This document shows positions 1-8,345 of a stretch of 53,474 nt of DNA, piece after piece; the first letter of the stretch is position 1, and the number at the start of each line of letters is the position of its first letter. Location: positions 1 to 53,474 of IMG/VR virus record IMGVR_UViG_3300045284_000563, one strand, 5' to 3'. Below the pieces are notes generated by a model. That model saw only the letters and a list, made by a program, of their open reading frames with translations, had not been told where the DNA came from and searched no databases. The position numbers and the translations under genes were made by a program. The DNA is from a virus. Its lineage: Duplodnaviria > Caudoviricetes.

Positions 1-1
1 G

Positions 2-505
2 TGGCAACGCGGCAACGTAGCCAAGCTTCGCGACTACCTCTCGGACGAGGACGATGAGTTCCGTCGAGAAGTACTCGGAGAAGAGGAAGAAGACGAGGAC
101 GAAGAGGAAGAGGAAGAGGAAGAGGAAGAGGAAGAGGAAGAGGACATCCCCGAAGCGGACGCCAAGGACATCCTAGAAGGTCTCGGCGAGTACCTCAAGC
201 ACGAGGGCCACGACGCGGCGAAGGAGTCCGCGCGCATCGCACGTCTCATCGCCGCTGCCGGTGACTCAAACAAAGTTGACAAAGTGCTCGAAGAAGTGAA
301 TCGCCTCGTCGACGGCTCCGGTGTCGAGGCGATCAACGGCGACTACCACGTCGACAACTTCTACCACGACATCGTCGCCCTCTACGTCAACATGGGCGAC
401 ACGTACAACACGACTCTTCTCTACGAGACCGACAAGGATCGCTTCCTCGTCACGAGTTGGGGCGATTGGGTCGAGCACAACGAGCGCAAGTACAAGATCT
501 CCTGA
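2..505 (+). CDS. 5'-truncated phage protein with poly-Glu/Asp tract
   Basis: Frame of ORF 284..505 is open to the window edge. It has an E-rich run (GAAGAG repeats, ~80-145), then GVEAI...YVNMGDTYNTTLLY...SWGDWVE. Confidence 0.7.
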   Translation, partial: WQRGNVAKLRDYLSDEDDEFRREVLGEEEEDEDEEEEEEEEEEEEEEDIPEADAKDILEGLGEYLKHEGHDAAKESARIARLIAAAGDSNKVDKVLEEVNRLVDGSGVEAINGDYHVDNFYHDIVALYVNMGDTYNTTLLYETDKDRFLVTSWGDWVEHNERKYKIS

Positions 506-517
506 AAGGAAAAAACG

Positions 518-982
518 ATGGCACACAGATTAGTGAACGCGAAACGACGAAGCTCCCCGAAGGGCAAAGGCGGGAGCTCCGGCGGCGGTAACCCGCGCAA
601 CGACGGACGCATCACCGAAGAGCAGCACGACGACGCGATGCGCGTTCTACGCGCCGAGTACTGGCAAGGCGTGCGCGGGATCGCTCAGAGCGTTGCCGAT
701 CGCGTCAAGGAAGGCGAAGACGAAAACGACGTGATCCACGAAGAGGTAGACGGCTCGTACTGGGTCATCTACACGCACGCGAACTTCCAGGTGCTCATGT
801 GCTCGGACCACCACGACGCCTACTCGGAAGACTTCGGTGAGCCGCCGGTGCAGGACTCGCACATCAACTGGGCAGCGCTCACTTACGCGGCGCTGGCGCG
901 TGATGTTGGAGAGCAAGTGCGAGTCGGCGTCGAGGAAGCTCAGCGGCCTGCACGTCGTCCGCCCCCGCGGAGACGCCGGTGA
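518..982 (+). CDS. Ocr-like (T7 gp0.3-like) acidic antirestriction/DNA-mimic candidate
   Basis: DVIHEEVDGSYWVIYTHANFQV resembles Ocr [21 protein letters not shown]. Acidic core with basic termini; RBS AAGGA upstream. Confidence 0.45.
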   Translation: MAHRLVNAKRRSSPKGKGGSSGGGNPRNDGRITEEQHDDAMRVLRAEYWQGVRGIAQSVADRVKEGEDENDVIHEEVDGSYWVIYTHANFQVLMCSDHHDAYSEDFGEPPVQDSHINWAALTYAALARDVGEQVRVGVEEAQRPARRPPPRRRR

Positions 983-2499
983 TCAACGTAGGCGACGCCG
1001 TAGTTGCCGAGTGGACGTGGGGCGGTCACCGGTTCCAGGCTACCGGCGTCGTCACCAAAGTCTCCGGCAAAACGGTCAAGGTTCGGCTCACAGAACACGC
1101 CGGTGAGCACTTCGCCCCCGGCTTCGTCGTGACAACCCAGGCGCAGAACGTGCGCAAAGAAGGCAACATGAAAACCGCAACCAAGCGCTCTGTTCAAGCG
1201 CCTCGCATGGACTCGTTCACTCGCGCGTATTTCGAAACTGCACTTTGGTCGTCGACGGACGAGTCAAACGACCAGGGCGGCGATCCGCTCGACGACAACT
1301 ACTCGATCGATGACATCTCGCCAGAGACACGCACTGAAATGATCTCGGACTGCGCCGACTTTCAAGAAAGGTACAGCAAGCTACTCGTCGAGAGCGGCAT
1401 GGATTTCTCGCGCGCCGGACACAACTTTTGGTTGAGTCGCAATGGACACGGGGCGGGCTTCTTCGACGACGATCAAGACGAGTTGCAAGAAGCGGCAAAG
1501 TCCTACGGCGAGTTCACCCTGTACGTTGGTGATGATGGGCAAATTCATGGAACACCGCTTAGCGGACACCGCGCAGTCCGCGCCCCCCGCGTCGTGCGCG
1601 ACTTCAACAAGCTCGATGATCTCGTCGCGCACGCCAAAAACGAGCTCGGCGCGACGCATATCGTTTCCTTGCTCATTCGAGGGACCGGCGAGGGCGAAAC
1701 AAAGCTCTACTTCCCCCGCGGTGGACAGTACCCATACGAAGAAGCGCGAGTGTGGCGCAAGGGCGGTTACTGGCACGCAGAAGGCCCCGGCGCGCGTACT
1801 GGAGTAACAAAACTCCCCGACAACGCCATGCCGATCGCGCAGTACGGAAACCCACGGCGATCATCCGGATACGCTCCGGGGCGAGCGGCCGAGCCTCGCT
1901 TCAAACTCGGCGCCCCACGCCCCGGCACGAGCGTCCGCGACTACGAGGCCGTCGACAACCGCGGCCGTCGCATCGCCGGCCCCTCCAAGAGCTACAGCGA
2001 CATGAAGCGTGCGGCGGGAACCGGCGGTCACGTCAAATTCGTACGGCCGGGGGCGAGCGAGGCGAAGCGAGGTGGCGACACCCGCGGGCTCAAACAAGCC
2101 GAAGCGGCCGGCAACAAGTACGGCTTCGAGCAGATCGAGAGCGACCACTTCCGCGACTGGGTTTTCGACCAGCTCATCGAGGCTAGCAAGATGGATCCTG
2201 ATCAAGTGCTCCCGCTAGAAACGAAGGCTGACGCGATGAAGATCGCCGGCAACATGCTCCAGCAACTAGGATGGGATACGAGACGCGATCTTCGGGCAAA
2301 CGACATCGAACGCATGGCAGGTAACGGCGACCCCGCCTACGCCGACGCATTCTACGAAGGCTTCGATCACGCGCTCGAATCGTCTAAGGACTGGCTCGCT
2401 GACGAGCTCCTAGAGATGAAATCTCAAATTCGATCTAGAACGAGCGAGGCTCGACGTCGCCCAAAAGCCAAAAGGTCGGCGCGCAAAAAGCAGCGCTGA
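979..2499 (+). CDS. Modular multi-domain phage protein (polyvalent-like)
   Basis: 506 aa: KOW/SH3-like N-terminus, FTRAYFETALWSS...AGHNFWLSRNGHGAGFFD module and further modules separated by basic linkers. GTG start overlaps the upstream stop. Confidence 0.7.
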   Translation: MINVGDAVVAEWTWGGHRFQATGVVTKVSGKTVKVRLTEHAGEHFAPGFVVTTQAQNVRKEGNMKTATKRSVQAPRMDSFTRAYFETALWSSTDESNDQGGDPLDDNYSIDDISPETRTEMISDCADFQERYSKLLVESGMDFSRAGHNFWLSRNGHGAGFFDDDQDELQEAAKSYGEFTLYVGDDGQIHGTPLSGHRAVRAPRVVRDFNKLDDLVAHAKNELGATHIVSLLIRGTGEGETKLYFPRGGQYPYEEARVWRKGGYWHAEGPGARTGVTKLPDNAMPIAQYGNPRRSSGYAPGRAAEPRFKLGAPRPGTSVRDYEAVDNRGRRIAGPSKSYSDMKRAAGTGGHVKFVRPGASEAKRGGDTRGLKQAEAAGNKYGFEQIESDHFRDWVFDQLIEASKMDPDQVLPLETKADAMKIAGNMLQQLGWDTRRDLRANDIERMAGNGDPAYADAFYEGFDHALESSKDWLADELLEMKSQIRSRTSEARRRPKAKRSARKKQR

Positions 2500-2765
2500 C
2501 CGACGACGCGATCCTCCAAGCGATCTACGATCTGGGCGATGCCGACTACGCCGCCGGATTCGGTCGTGCGAGCACGAAAGCGCTCGCGGATCACTTCGGT
2601 ATTGATCCGAAGACGATGCTAGGGCGCATGCAACGACTCGCCAAAACAGGAAAAGTCGTTCGCGTCCGAGATGTCGTACTAGGCCCCGGCGATCGCAAAG
2701 TGATCGGCTGGCAACAGTGGGAAATGACATGGGATCCGGAAAACGATCCTTACGCCACGCCGTAG
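2496..2765 (+). CDS. Winged-HTH protein lacking a canonical start (absent from ORF track)
   Basis: Reads LTDDAILQAIYDL...STKALADHFGIDPKTMLGRMQRLAKTGKVVRV...TAG. Only a CTG overlapping the upstream TGA, or a -1 shift, can start it. Confidence 0.6.
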   Translation: MTDDAILQAIYDLGDADYAAGFGRASTKALADHFGIDPKTMLGRMQRLAKTGKVVRVRDVVLGPGDRKVIGWQQWEMTWDPENDPYATP

Positions 2766-2977
2766 CCGCCCTACAGTTACTCCGATGCCCTGGGGCCCCG
2801 CACCGCTCCGGCACCGCTAAGCTCGACGACGGGCGCGTGATTTGTCTGGCCGCAATTTCGATCGCAAATCTCGACTCATTCGAAGACGCTCAGCATCGAC
2901 GCCCACGCTGTACCCCACGTAATACCCGGTACCGAACGGGACGAAAAACGCGAGAGCCGTAAGAAGCACCAGGGCTA

Positions 2978-3583
2978 TCATCCGCCACCACTCGGCAGGA
3001 GGAGCTTCCTGTACACGCTCGCGTACGTCATCCCTCGGTGCGAGTGCATTGGGAGCACGATCGCGTGACAGTCGTTCGAAGGTAGGTGGTACTCACTAGC
3101 GAGACGAGCACCCATCCACCACGAGTCGCCCTCGAACCGTATCGAGCACCGGCTCGCGTGGTACATCAAAATCTTGACCCCAGCGAGCGCGCACCGGTAC
3201 GTCGCTTCGGCATCGAGTCCGGGTAGGCTTTGCCACTCGTCCTCGGTGATTTGGTAGTCGGGGTCTCGAATCGCCCCGTGGAGCGTCACCCGGTGATTGA
3301 TCTGCGTGAGGCAGAGCTCGCCCCCGGGGCCCTTCTTCTCGCCCGCGTGGACGCCGCGCTCGAGGCCGCTCTCCCACTCCTCGACCATCGTGAGCGCCGC
3401 AAGGCAGCCGGCGAAGGTCCAGCCTCGAGCGAGCTTCACATCGTGGCACGCCCGCACGTCGCCGTCAGCGATGCGGCCGATTCGACCCTTGCGCTCGTCA
3501 CTGGTCTCACCCCAGTAGCGTTCGTGCACGCGGGTCGTGTGGTACTTCAAGAGGAGAACACTAAGAGCGGTTACTACGTCCAT
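2978..3583 (-). CDS. Lysozyme-fold / lytic-transglycosylase-like protein
   Basis: EWESGL...GELCLTQIN resembles the SLT ES...GlmQi motifs; hydrophobic N-terminus. Confidence 0.4.
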   Translation of the reverse strand: MDVVTALSVLLLKYHTTRVHERYWGETSDERKGRIGRIADGDVRACHDVKLARGWTFAGCLAALTMVEEWESGLERGVHAGEKKGPGGELCLTQINHRVTLHGAIRDPDYQITEDEWQSLPGLDAEATYRCALAGVKILMYHASRCSIRFEGDSWWMGARLASEYHLPSNDCHAIVLPMHSHRGMTYASVYRKLLLPSGGG

Positions 3584-3817
3584 TTACGTCACTCTAGCAA
3601 AGTATCGTTCGGCGTCTTCGACAATGACAGAGGCCGGAACAGCCAACTTCCGACTGATCTTTCGAAGATGCACCACCGTGGTTTTGGTTGTACCGCTCTC
3701 TAGCCGAGAAACCGCAGACACGGTCACCCCAAGAGCGTCGGCGAGATCCCCCTGAGACGCGCCACGAATTCGACGATTCGTGTAGATGGCGAGACCTACA
3801 GCCTCGTCATAGGTCAC
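3584..3817 (-). CDS. XRE-family HTH regulator
   Basis: RRIRGASQGDLADALGVTVSAVSRLESG; GTG start coupled to the upstream stop. Confidence 0.85.
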   Translation of the reverse strand: MTYDEAVGLAIYTNRRIRGASQGDLADALGVTVSAVSRLESGTTKTTVVHLRKISRKLAVPASVIVEDAERYFARVT

Positions 3818-4086
3818 GGACACTCCTTCATCGGCGTGCAGACGACCTCGATCATCCCCTGCCCGGCGCCTTGCTGGTAACAAAAGTAGAGCCCTAAGGG
3901 CGTGCTCTGCACCGAGAGGCCCCACGCGGCGACCTCTGCGGGGATGGTTTGGCACCGGCGGGCCGGCGGCGGTGGCGGTTCCTTCGTGCCGAATAACGGA
4001 AAAAACATGATCAGCGCGATCAACACACCGAAAGCGACAATCGTGAACGCGATGACGTCCGTCCTATCGAGCGCGTACCGTGTCAC
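3814..4086 (-). CDS. Small membrane protein
   Basis: N-terminal TM (VIAFTIVAFGVLIALIMFFPLF), poly-Pro linker, Cys-containing tail. Confidence 0.65.
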   Translation of the reverse strand: MTRYALDRTDVIAFTIVAFGVLIALIMFFPLFGTKEPPPPPARRCQTIPAEVAAWGLSVQSTPLGLYFCYQQGAGQGMIEVVCTPMKECP

Positions 4087-4355
4087 GGTCGCACCTTCCC
4101 GAGAATGCGGTGATGTTCCACTTCCCCGATGAGCTTTCCGAGCTCGCTGAATAGATTTTCGACCGGCGCCCCGCTGAGTATCTTGCCCGCTTCGTTCCTG
4201 ATTGCCATTGCGACAGCCGCCAGAGCCTTGTCTGTCGGCAATTGCTTGACCTCTTCGAGTTTCGCCGCCGCATCGACTATGTCCGCCGCTACAAGTAGAC
4301 TCTCGGCTCCGTCTTTCTGGATGAGAGCGACAAATTTATCTGACAACTCGCTCAT
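4083..4355 (-). CDS. Hypothetical protein
   Basis: Coupled helical ORF within the operon. Confidence 0.6.
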   Translation of the reverse strand: MSELSDKFVALIQKDGAESLLVAADIVDAAAKLEEVKQLPTDKALAAVAMAIRNEAGKILSGAPVENLFSELGKLIGEVEHHRILGKVRP

Positions 4356-4678
4356 GGTCGCACCTTTCGCATCGCGCTCGGGCGCGTGACGAGCTCGAGG
4401 CGTTTAAGCCGCTCGAACATTATGGGATCTCTATCGCGCAGCACGTCTTCTGCGTCGTTGTCGTGCGGGAGTGTTTTTTTCACTCTCGCCAGTTCGGCTG
4501 CCCACGCATCAGCGACATCGCAGGCGAGCTCCGACGCCTGAAGATCCATGACCTCGACCTCGTCGTCGACGCGCGCCTTACGCATGAGCTCGCGCGTCTC
4601 GGCGGCGCGATGATCGCCGTCGAAGGATCGTTTCTTGGCTCTTCTCAATCTGCCGGCGAGTTTAGCGCTCGTTTTCAT
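4352..4678 (-). CDS. Hypothetical protein
   Basis: Coupled ORF within the operon. Confidence 0.6.
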   Translation of the reverse strand: MKTSAKLAGRLRRAKKRSFDGDHRAAETRELMRKARVDDEVEVMDLQASELACDVADAWAAELARVKKTLPHDNDAEDVLRDRDPIMFERLKRLELVTRPSAMRKVRP

Positions 4679-5100
4679 CGCTTCCTCTTTTCCGCCTCGA
4701 GTTGCTCTAGTCCACGGTACGACGCCATCCTGAGTACCTCGACGCGCGTGAAACGTTTGCCAGGCTCAGATATTCTCTCGGCGATCCGATCGAGCTCCTT
4801 GACGAATGACTTAGAGTATCGAACCGCTGTCGCCACCCCTAGCTCCGAGTCTGGCGTATGATCCTGTCCGTGCGTTCGAATGTACTCGATCAGATCATCA
4901 GCCGGAGCAAACCACTCACCCTTCGGATTTAGCCGCAAATGCGCGAACTGCACGTGCATGGCGCGCTCCTCCGAACGGCCTCCCGGGATCGCTCCGAGCA
5001 ACTTAACGCCAGCCCCTAACCCGCTCATGCGAACCTTGACGCTCCGGCTGTGCCCGATCTTGATCGGACCATTGCCTCTCTGCGCAAAATACACGCTCAT
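4675..5100 (-). CDS. T5orf172/GIY-YIG-like domain plus C-terminal RHH-like domain
   Basis: VYFAQRGNGPIKIGHS...EERAMHVQFAHLRL..GEWF; tail VATAVRYSKSFVKELD...RVEVLR. Confidence 0.75.
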   Translation of the reverse strand: MSVYFAQRGNGPIKIGHSRSVKVRMSGLGAGVKLLGAIPGGRSEERAMHVQFAHLRLNPKGEWFAPADDLIEYIRTHGQDHTPDSELGVATAVRYSKSFVKELDRIAERISEPGKRFTRVEVLRMASYRGLEQLEAEKRKR

Positions 5101-5285
5101 CGACGTTTCTCCACCGGTCGTTGTTCCACTGCCACCAGCCCGAGACGGAGCAGCCACGTGCTGAGCCCGAGACCTTCGCCGGCAGCCGCAGCGTCTAGGG
5201 TCGCCTTTTGCTGCGTCGTCATGCGCACGTTGATGACCTCCTCTTTCGGAGCCCTGACGTTCTTCTTGTTTCGTTTGGTATTCAT
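5097..5285 (-). CDS. Ribbon-helix-helix protein (DUF1778/MobC-like)
   Basis: INVRMTTQQKATLDAAAAGEGLGLSTWLLRLG. Confidence 0.75.
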   Translation of the reverse strand: MNTKRNKKNVRAPKEEVINVRMTTQQKATLDAAAAGEGLGLSTWLLRLGLVAVEQRPVEKRR

Positions 5286-5560
5286 CTTTTTCTCTCCAGA
5301 GTTCTCATGGCCGCCGCGGCGTGATCGCGTGCGGCCCGAAACCGTTCCTTCGCCGAGCCAGGACGAATCGACTCCGAAACGCCGGAGAGGATCTTGTCGG
5401 CCCTGTTGAGCGCCTCAAGCCGTATTTCGGCGGACGCGAACAGTAGCGCATGCCGGATCTCGCTTGGGAGCTTACCCAGGCAGTTTCGACAGAACGACTG
5501 CCGGATCGGGATCGCCTTGCCGCAGCCGCGCGTACGGCAGGCGCTTTCGGTCGGGCTCAT
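5282..5560 (-). CDS. Small Zn-finger-like protein
   Basis: CxxxxC...CxxC; ATG coupled at 5560. Confidence 0.55.
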   Translation of the reverse strand: MSPTESACRTRGCGKAIPIRQSFCRNCLGKLPSEIRHALLFASAEIRLEALNRADKILSGVSESIRPGSAKERFRAARDHAAAAMRTLERKR

Positions 5561-6027
5561 GTGACGTCGTCTCCCATCACGAGTTCGTTTGGTACTTGAT
5601 CCGTCTTCTGTCGAAGCGGGTTGACGTTTTGCCAAAGCCCCTCCTCGTTCTCGTACGCAACGAAGCACGTCCAACTGCACCGGCCGTAACGCGCCAGAAC
5701 GAAGCGACATTCAATGCCGGCGCTCGCAGCGAGCACCATAACGAAGTAACAAGCTTCGTCCGCGTCCATTGGTTTGCGCAGGTCGGCAGACGCCGCTTCG
5801 TCCGGCAATATCGCCCGTATCATCTCCCCGTGGATGGGATCGGGCGCGTACACGCACCGGCGATGCAGTTCGTCGATGATCGCGTTCAACTTGTCTCGAC
5901 GGAGCGGTTTATCACCCGTCAATTTGTGGGCGAGATCACGAACGGCCGTCTTGGTGTGTTCGCGTGCGACGGCGATGTTGAGCGCTTTGATCGTCTTGGC
6001 GAGCCCGGTAGGAAATAAGTTCATCAT
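5557..6027 (-). CDS. Transglutaminase-like fold protein, catalytic residues apparently degenerate
   Basis: MDADEACYFVMVLAASAGIECRFV...W..VNP matches the GDCDD...GipaRfV...W...Dp pattern, with Ala at the catalytic Cys position. Confidence 0.5.
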   Translation of the reverse strand: MMNLFPTGLAKTIKALNIAVAREHTKTAVRDLAHKLTGDKPLRRDKLNAIIDELHRRCVYAPDPIHGEMIRAILPDEAASADLRKPMDADEACYFVMVLAASAGIECRFVLARYGRCSWTCFVAYENEEGLWQNVNPLRQKTDQVPNELVMGDDVT

Positions 6028-6224
6028 GAGTTTTTCGCCAGCATCTTGCGGTACTCGAGCAGGTCTCGCGCTCGGACGTCGAAACGCTCGCTCAGATCCA
6101 TCGCCAATTGAAAGTCCGGCGAGAGCAACGCGAACGAGCTCCGCAGCACTGCCGACACGAATGCCACGGCTTCCGCCTTGGTTTGAGGATTGCGCAAGGA
6201 GGCTACGTTGATTTCGGCTCTCAT
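6024..6224 (-). CDS. Hypothetical protein
   Basis: Coupled ORF. Confidence 0.55.
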   Translation of the reverse strand: MRAEINVASLRNPQTKAEAVAFVSAVLRSSFALLSPDFQLAMDLSERFDVRARDLLEYRKMLAKNS

Positions 6225-6466
6225 CGCTTCGTCCTCCGAGCGTCCCCGAGGAGCTCCAACGTGCGCTTGAGCACCGCATCGGCCTCGTCACCGTAGTGGC
6301 GAACGAGCACCTTCGCGATGGCGTGAGCGTCCGTGTCGTAGCCACGCATGTCGTCCCTCGAGTTCTTCTTGAGCGCCCGGTCGACCGCCGCGGGGGTGCC
6401 GGTTGGTTCGACGCCCGAATAGCGACCGTTTGGGCGTTTGGGCATTGGTTCTCCTGTGAAGGTCAC
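6221..6466 (-). CDS. Hypothetical protein
   Basis: Coupled ORF. Confidence 0.55.
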   Translation of the reverse strand: MTFTGEPMPKRPNGRYSGVEPTGTPAAVDRALKKNSRDDMRGYDTDAHAIAKVLVRHYGDEADAVLKRTLELLGDARRTKR

Positions 6467-6837
6467 AGTTCCCCCTCGAACCCCGCCTCGCGGTACAGAT
6501 TACAAATCGCGCCGTCGAGGAAGCCCCCGTCGAGCCGTCCGAGCTCGCCGTTCAAGAGCCCTCGGAAGCCGCGAAGGGCCGCTTCCCACTCCTTTCCGAG
6601 TACACCGTCTTCGGCGATCTTCGAGTCGTAGCGCGCCTCGTGGGCAGCTGCGTACGCGGCGAGGCTTCGGATGCCCAGAACGAGAGCACTTTCGAAGCCG
6701 TCAAACGGTGAATGCCACGCATAGTCGTGGCGGCTGATGTAACCGGTCGGATCGGCCGGGGTGCGTTTTCGCTGCTCGAGAACAGGGTTCCGAAGTGCGA
6801 GCGCGTAGTAGCGGGTTTGGATTTCATTGACGGTCAT
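6463..6837 (-). CDS. Hypothetical phage protein
   Basis: First gene of the leftward operon; globular composition (KIAEDGVLG...GLLNGELGRLDGG). Confidence 0.65.
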   Translation of the reverse strand: MTVNEIQTRYYALALRNPVLEQRKRTPADPTGYISRHDYAWHSPFDGFESALVLGIRSLAAYAAAHEARYDSKIAEDGVLGKEWEAALRGFRGLLNGELGRLDGGFLDGAICNLYREAGFEGEL

Positions 6838-6917
6838 GGCTAGTCAGACGAGCCTCGCTAATGTATATTCAACCGACCCCCATTGAATAACCTAACCGCA
6901 CCCCGCGTCTACCCCAT

Positions 6918-7457
6918 ATGCCCCTCGTGACCCTCCTTCTCGTGGCACTGAACGCGGCCGTTTACGCCCTCGAGCTCTCGAGCGGCGGGATGCCGGTCTG
7001 CGAGAAATTCGGCCTAGTTCCAGCCCATCCGGGCCTGGGCACGCTCCTCACCTACAGCTTTCTGCACGACCCTCGGACCCTCGTTCATCTGGGCTGTAAC
7101 ATGGCCTTTCTGGCCGTTTTCGGGACCGTGGTCGAAAGGGCCATCGGGGGCGCCCGGCTCCTCTGCCTCTACGCCCTCGCGGCGGTCGCCGGGGGCCTCT
7201 TGCATGGCGCGGTCGACCCGACGGCGACCGAAGCCTTGGTGGGCGCCAGCGGGTCGATTTTCGGGCTTATCGCATTCTCTGTCTCGATCAACCGTCGACT
7301 CGTCGGATTCGCCCTCGCGTTCGGCGCCATCAACGTCTGGTACGCGCTCGCCGGCACCGGCGGCAGTATCAGCTTCGGAGCCCACATCGGCGGCCTGCTC
7401 GTAGGCACCGTTTGCGCCCTCGTGCAAACGATCGTCGGGAAAGAGAGGTTTGCCTAA
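6918..7457 (+). CDS. Rhomboid-family intramembrane serine protease
   Basis: FLH...HLGCNM, GASG catalytic Ser motif, AHIGG catalytic His; multiple TM helices. Confidence 0.92.
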   Translation: MPLVTLLLVALNAAVYALELSSGGMPVCEKFGLVPAHPGLGTLLTYSFLHDPRTLVHLGCNMAFLAVFGTVVERAIGGARLLCLYALAAVAGGLLHGAVDPTATEALVGASGSIFGLIAFSVSINRRLVGFALAFGAINVWYALAGTGGSISFGAHIGGLLVGTVCALVQTIVGKERFA

Positions 7458-7460
7458 AAA

Positions 7461-7560
7461 CTTCGCAAAACTAAGCGCTGCAACCCCCGGCAGCGCAGCG
7501 CCGAGCGGCGCCGAGCAGGGCGCGCCTCCGCCACGCAAACCGAATCAAAGCTCACTTTTT
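7461..7560 (+). ncRNA. 5-nt-periodic tract 1 (candidate guide-like RNA)
   Basis: C at every fifth base from 7461 to 7551 (19 in a row), mostly as GC; ends GCAAACCGAATCAAAGCTCACTTTTT. Confidence 0.65.
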
Positions 7561-7578
7561 CACAAGGAGAACTCAATC

Positions 7579-8223
7579 GTGTCTTTTCAATACACAGAAA
7601 CTTGGATCGAAGGAACGATGCCGCTACTCATGGCGGCGTTCGGAACAGAAGCGGCCGAAAACGTACCCGGCGGTAGCGGCCCCAATACTCGACCGTCTAT
7701 CACAGCCGTCAAGCAGCTTACTCCGCGAGAGATCGCCGAGAAGAGCTGCTACCGCGAGAACGGGAAGCTCGACTCCCCACTCGTGTTCCCTGGCACCGGT
7801 GTACAACGCGCGATCGTCGAAGCCGGCGGCAACCACAAGGAGAAGGGCACCCGCAAGTCGATGAAGTATCGCGTGCCGGCCGCGGTACTCGTCCTCGACG
7901 AGCTTGCGCCGCTCTACAACGAAGACCGGAAAACGCGCATCACGACCTACGAAGTGGACAGTCGCCGGGTCGTCAATCCGAGCACGAAGGGCGCACTGCT
8001 CGCTCACCGTCCACGCATCGAACGCTGGACGTTGAAGTGCACGATTCGCATCAACGAGAACCTCATGGATCCGGCGTTCGTGAGACAGCTCCTCACTGAG
8101 GCCGGAGAACAACTCGGTATCGGCGCCTTTCGCCCCGAGAAGCGCGGACCATTCGGTCTGTTCCACGTCGTCGCGTGGGATTGCGTCGACGGGACGGCCG
8201 CCATGAAGCGGAAGGTAGCCTAA
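7579..8223 (+). CDS. Stand-alone RAMP / Cas7-like RNA-binding protein
   Basis: N-terminal strand IEGTMPLL, P..G..RAI helix, C-terminal Gly-rich loop GEQLGIGAFRPEKRGPFGLF. Likely start is GTG 7579 after AAGGAGA. Confidence 0.7.
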   Translation: MSFQYTETWIEGTMPLLMAAFGTEAAENVPGGSGPNTRPSITAVKQLTPREIAEKSCYRENGKLDSPLVFPGTGVQRAIVEAGGNHKEKGTRKSMKYRVPAAVLVLDELAPLYNEDRKTRITTYEVDSRRVVNPSTKGALLAHRPRIERWTLKCTIRINENLMDPAFVRQLLTEAGEQLGIGAFRPEKRGPFGLFHVVAWDCVDGTAAMKRKVA

Positions 8224-8230
8224 CAACTAA

Positions 8231-8343
8231 CGGCACAGCACGGCCCCGCGGGGCGGCGCATCGCGGCGCTCGGCCCAGCGCGCCCGAGCACGACGCCGCC
8301 GAGCACTGACTTGCCCCGCACACCAAATCAAAGGACCGTTTTT
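8231..8343 (+). ncRNA. 5-nt-periodic tract 2 (candidate guide-like RNA)
   Basis: cgGCa caGCa cgGCc ccGCg ggGCg gcGCa tcGCg gcGCt...; ends GCACACCAAATCAAAGGACCGTTTTT. Confidence 0.7.
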
Positions 8344-8345
8344 CG

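Noticed and set aside
78-145. GAAGAG tandem repeat as a regulatory or non-coding element
   Set aside because: Explained by the in-frame poly-Glu tract.
7450-7578. N-terminal 43 aa of the 257-aa ORF
   Set aside because: It is periodic tract 1 read through; a strong RBS precedes GTG 7579.
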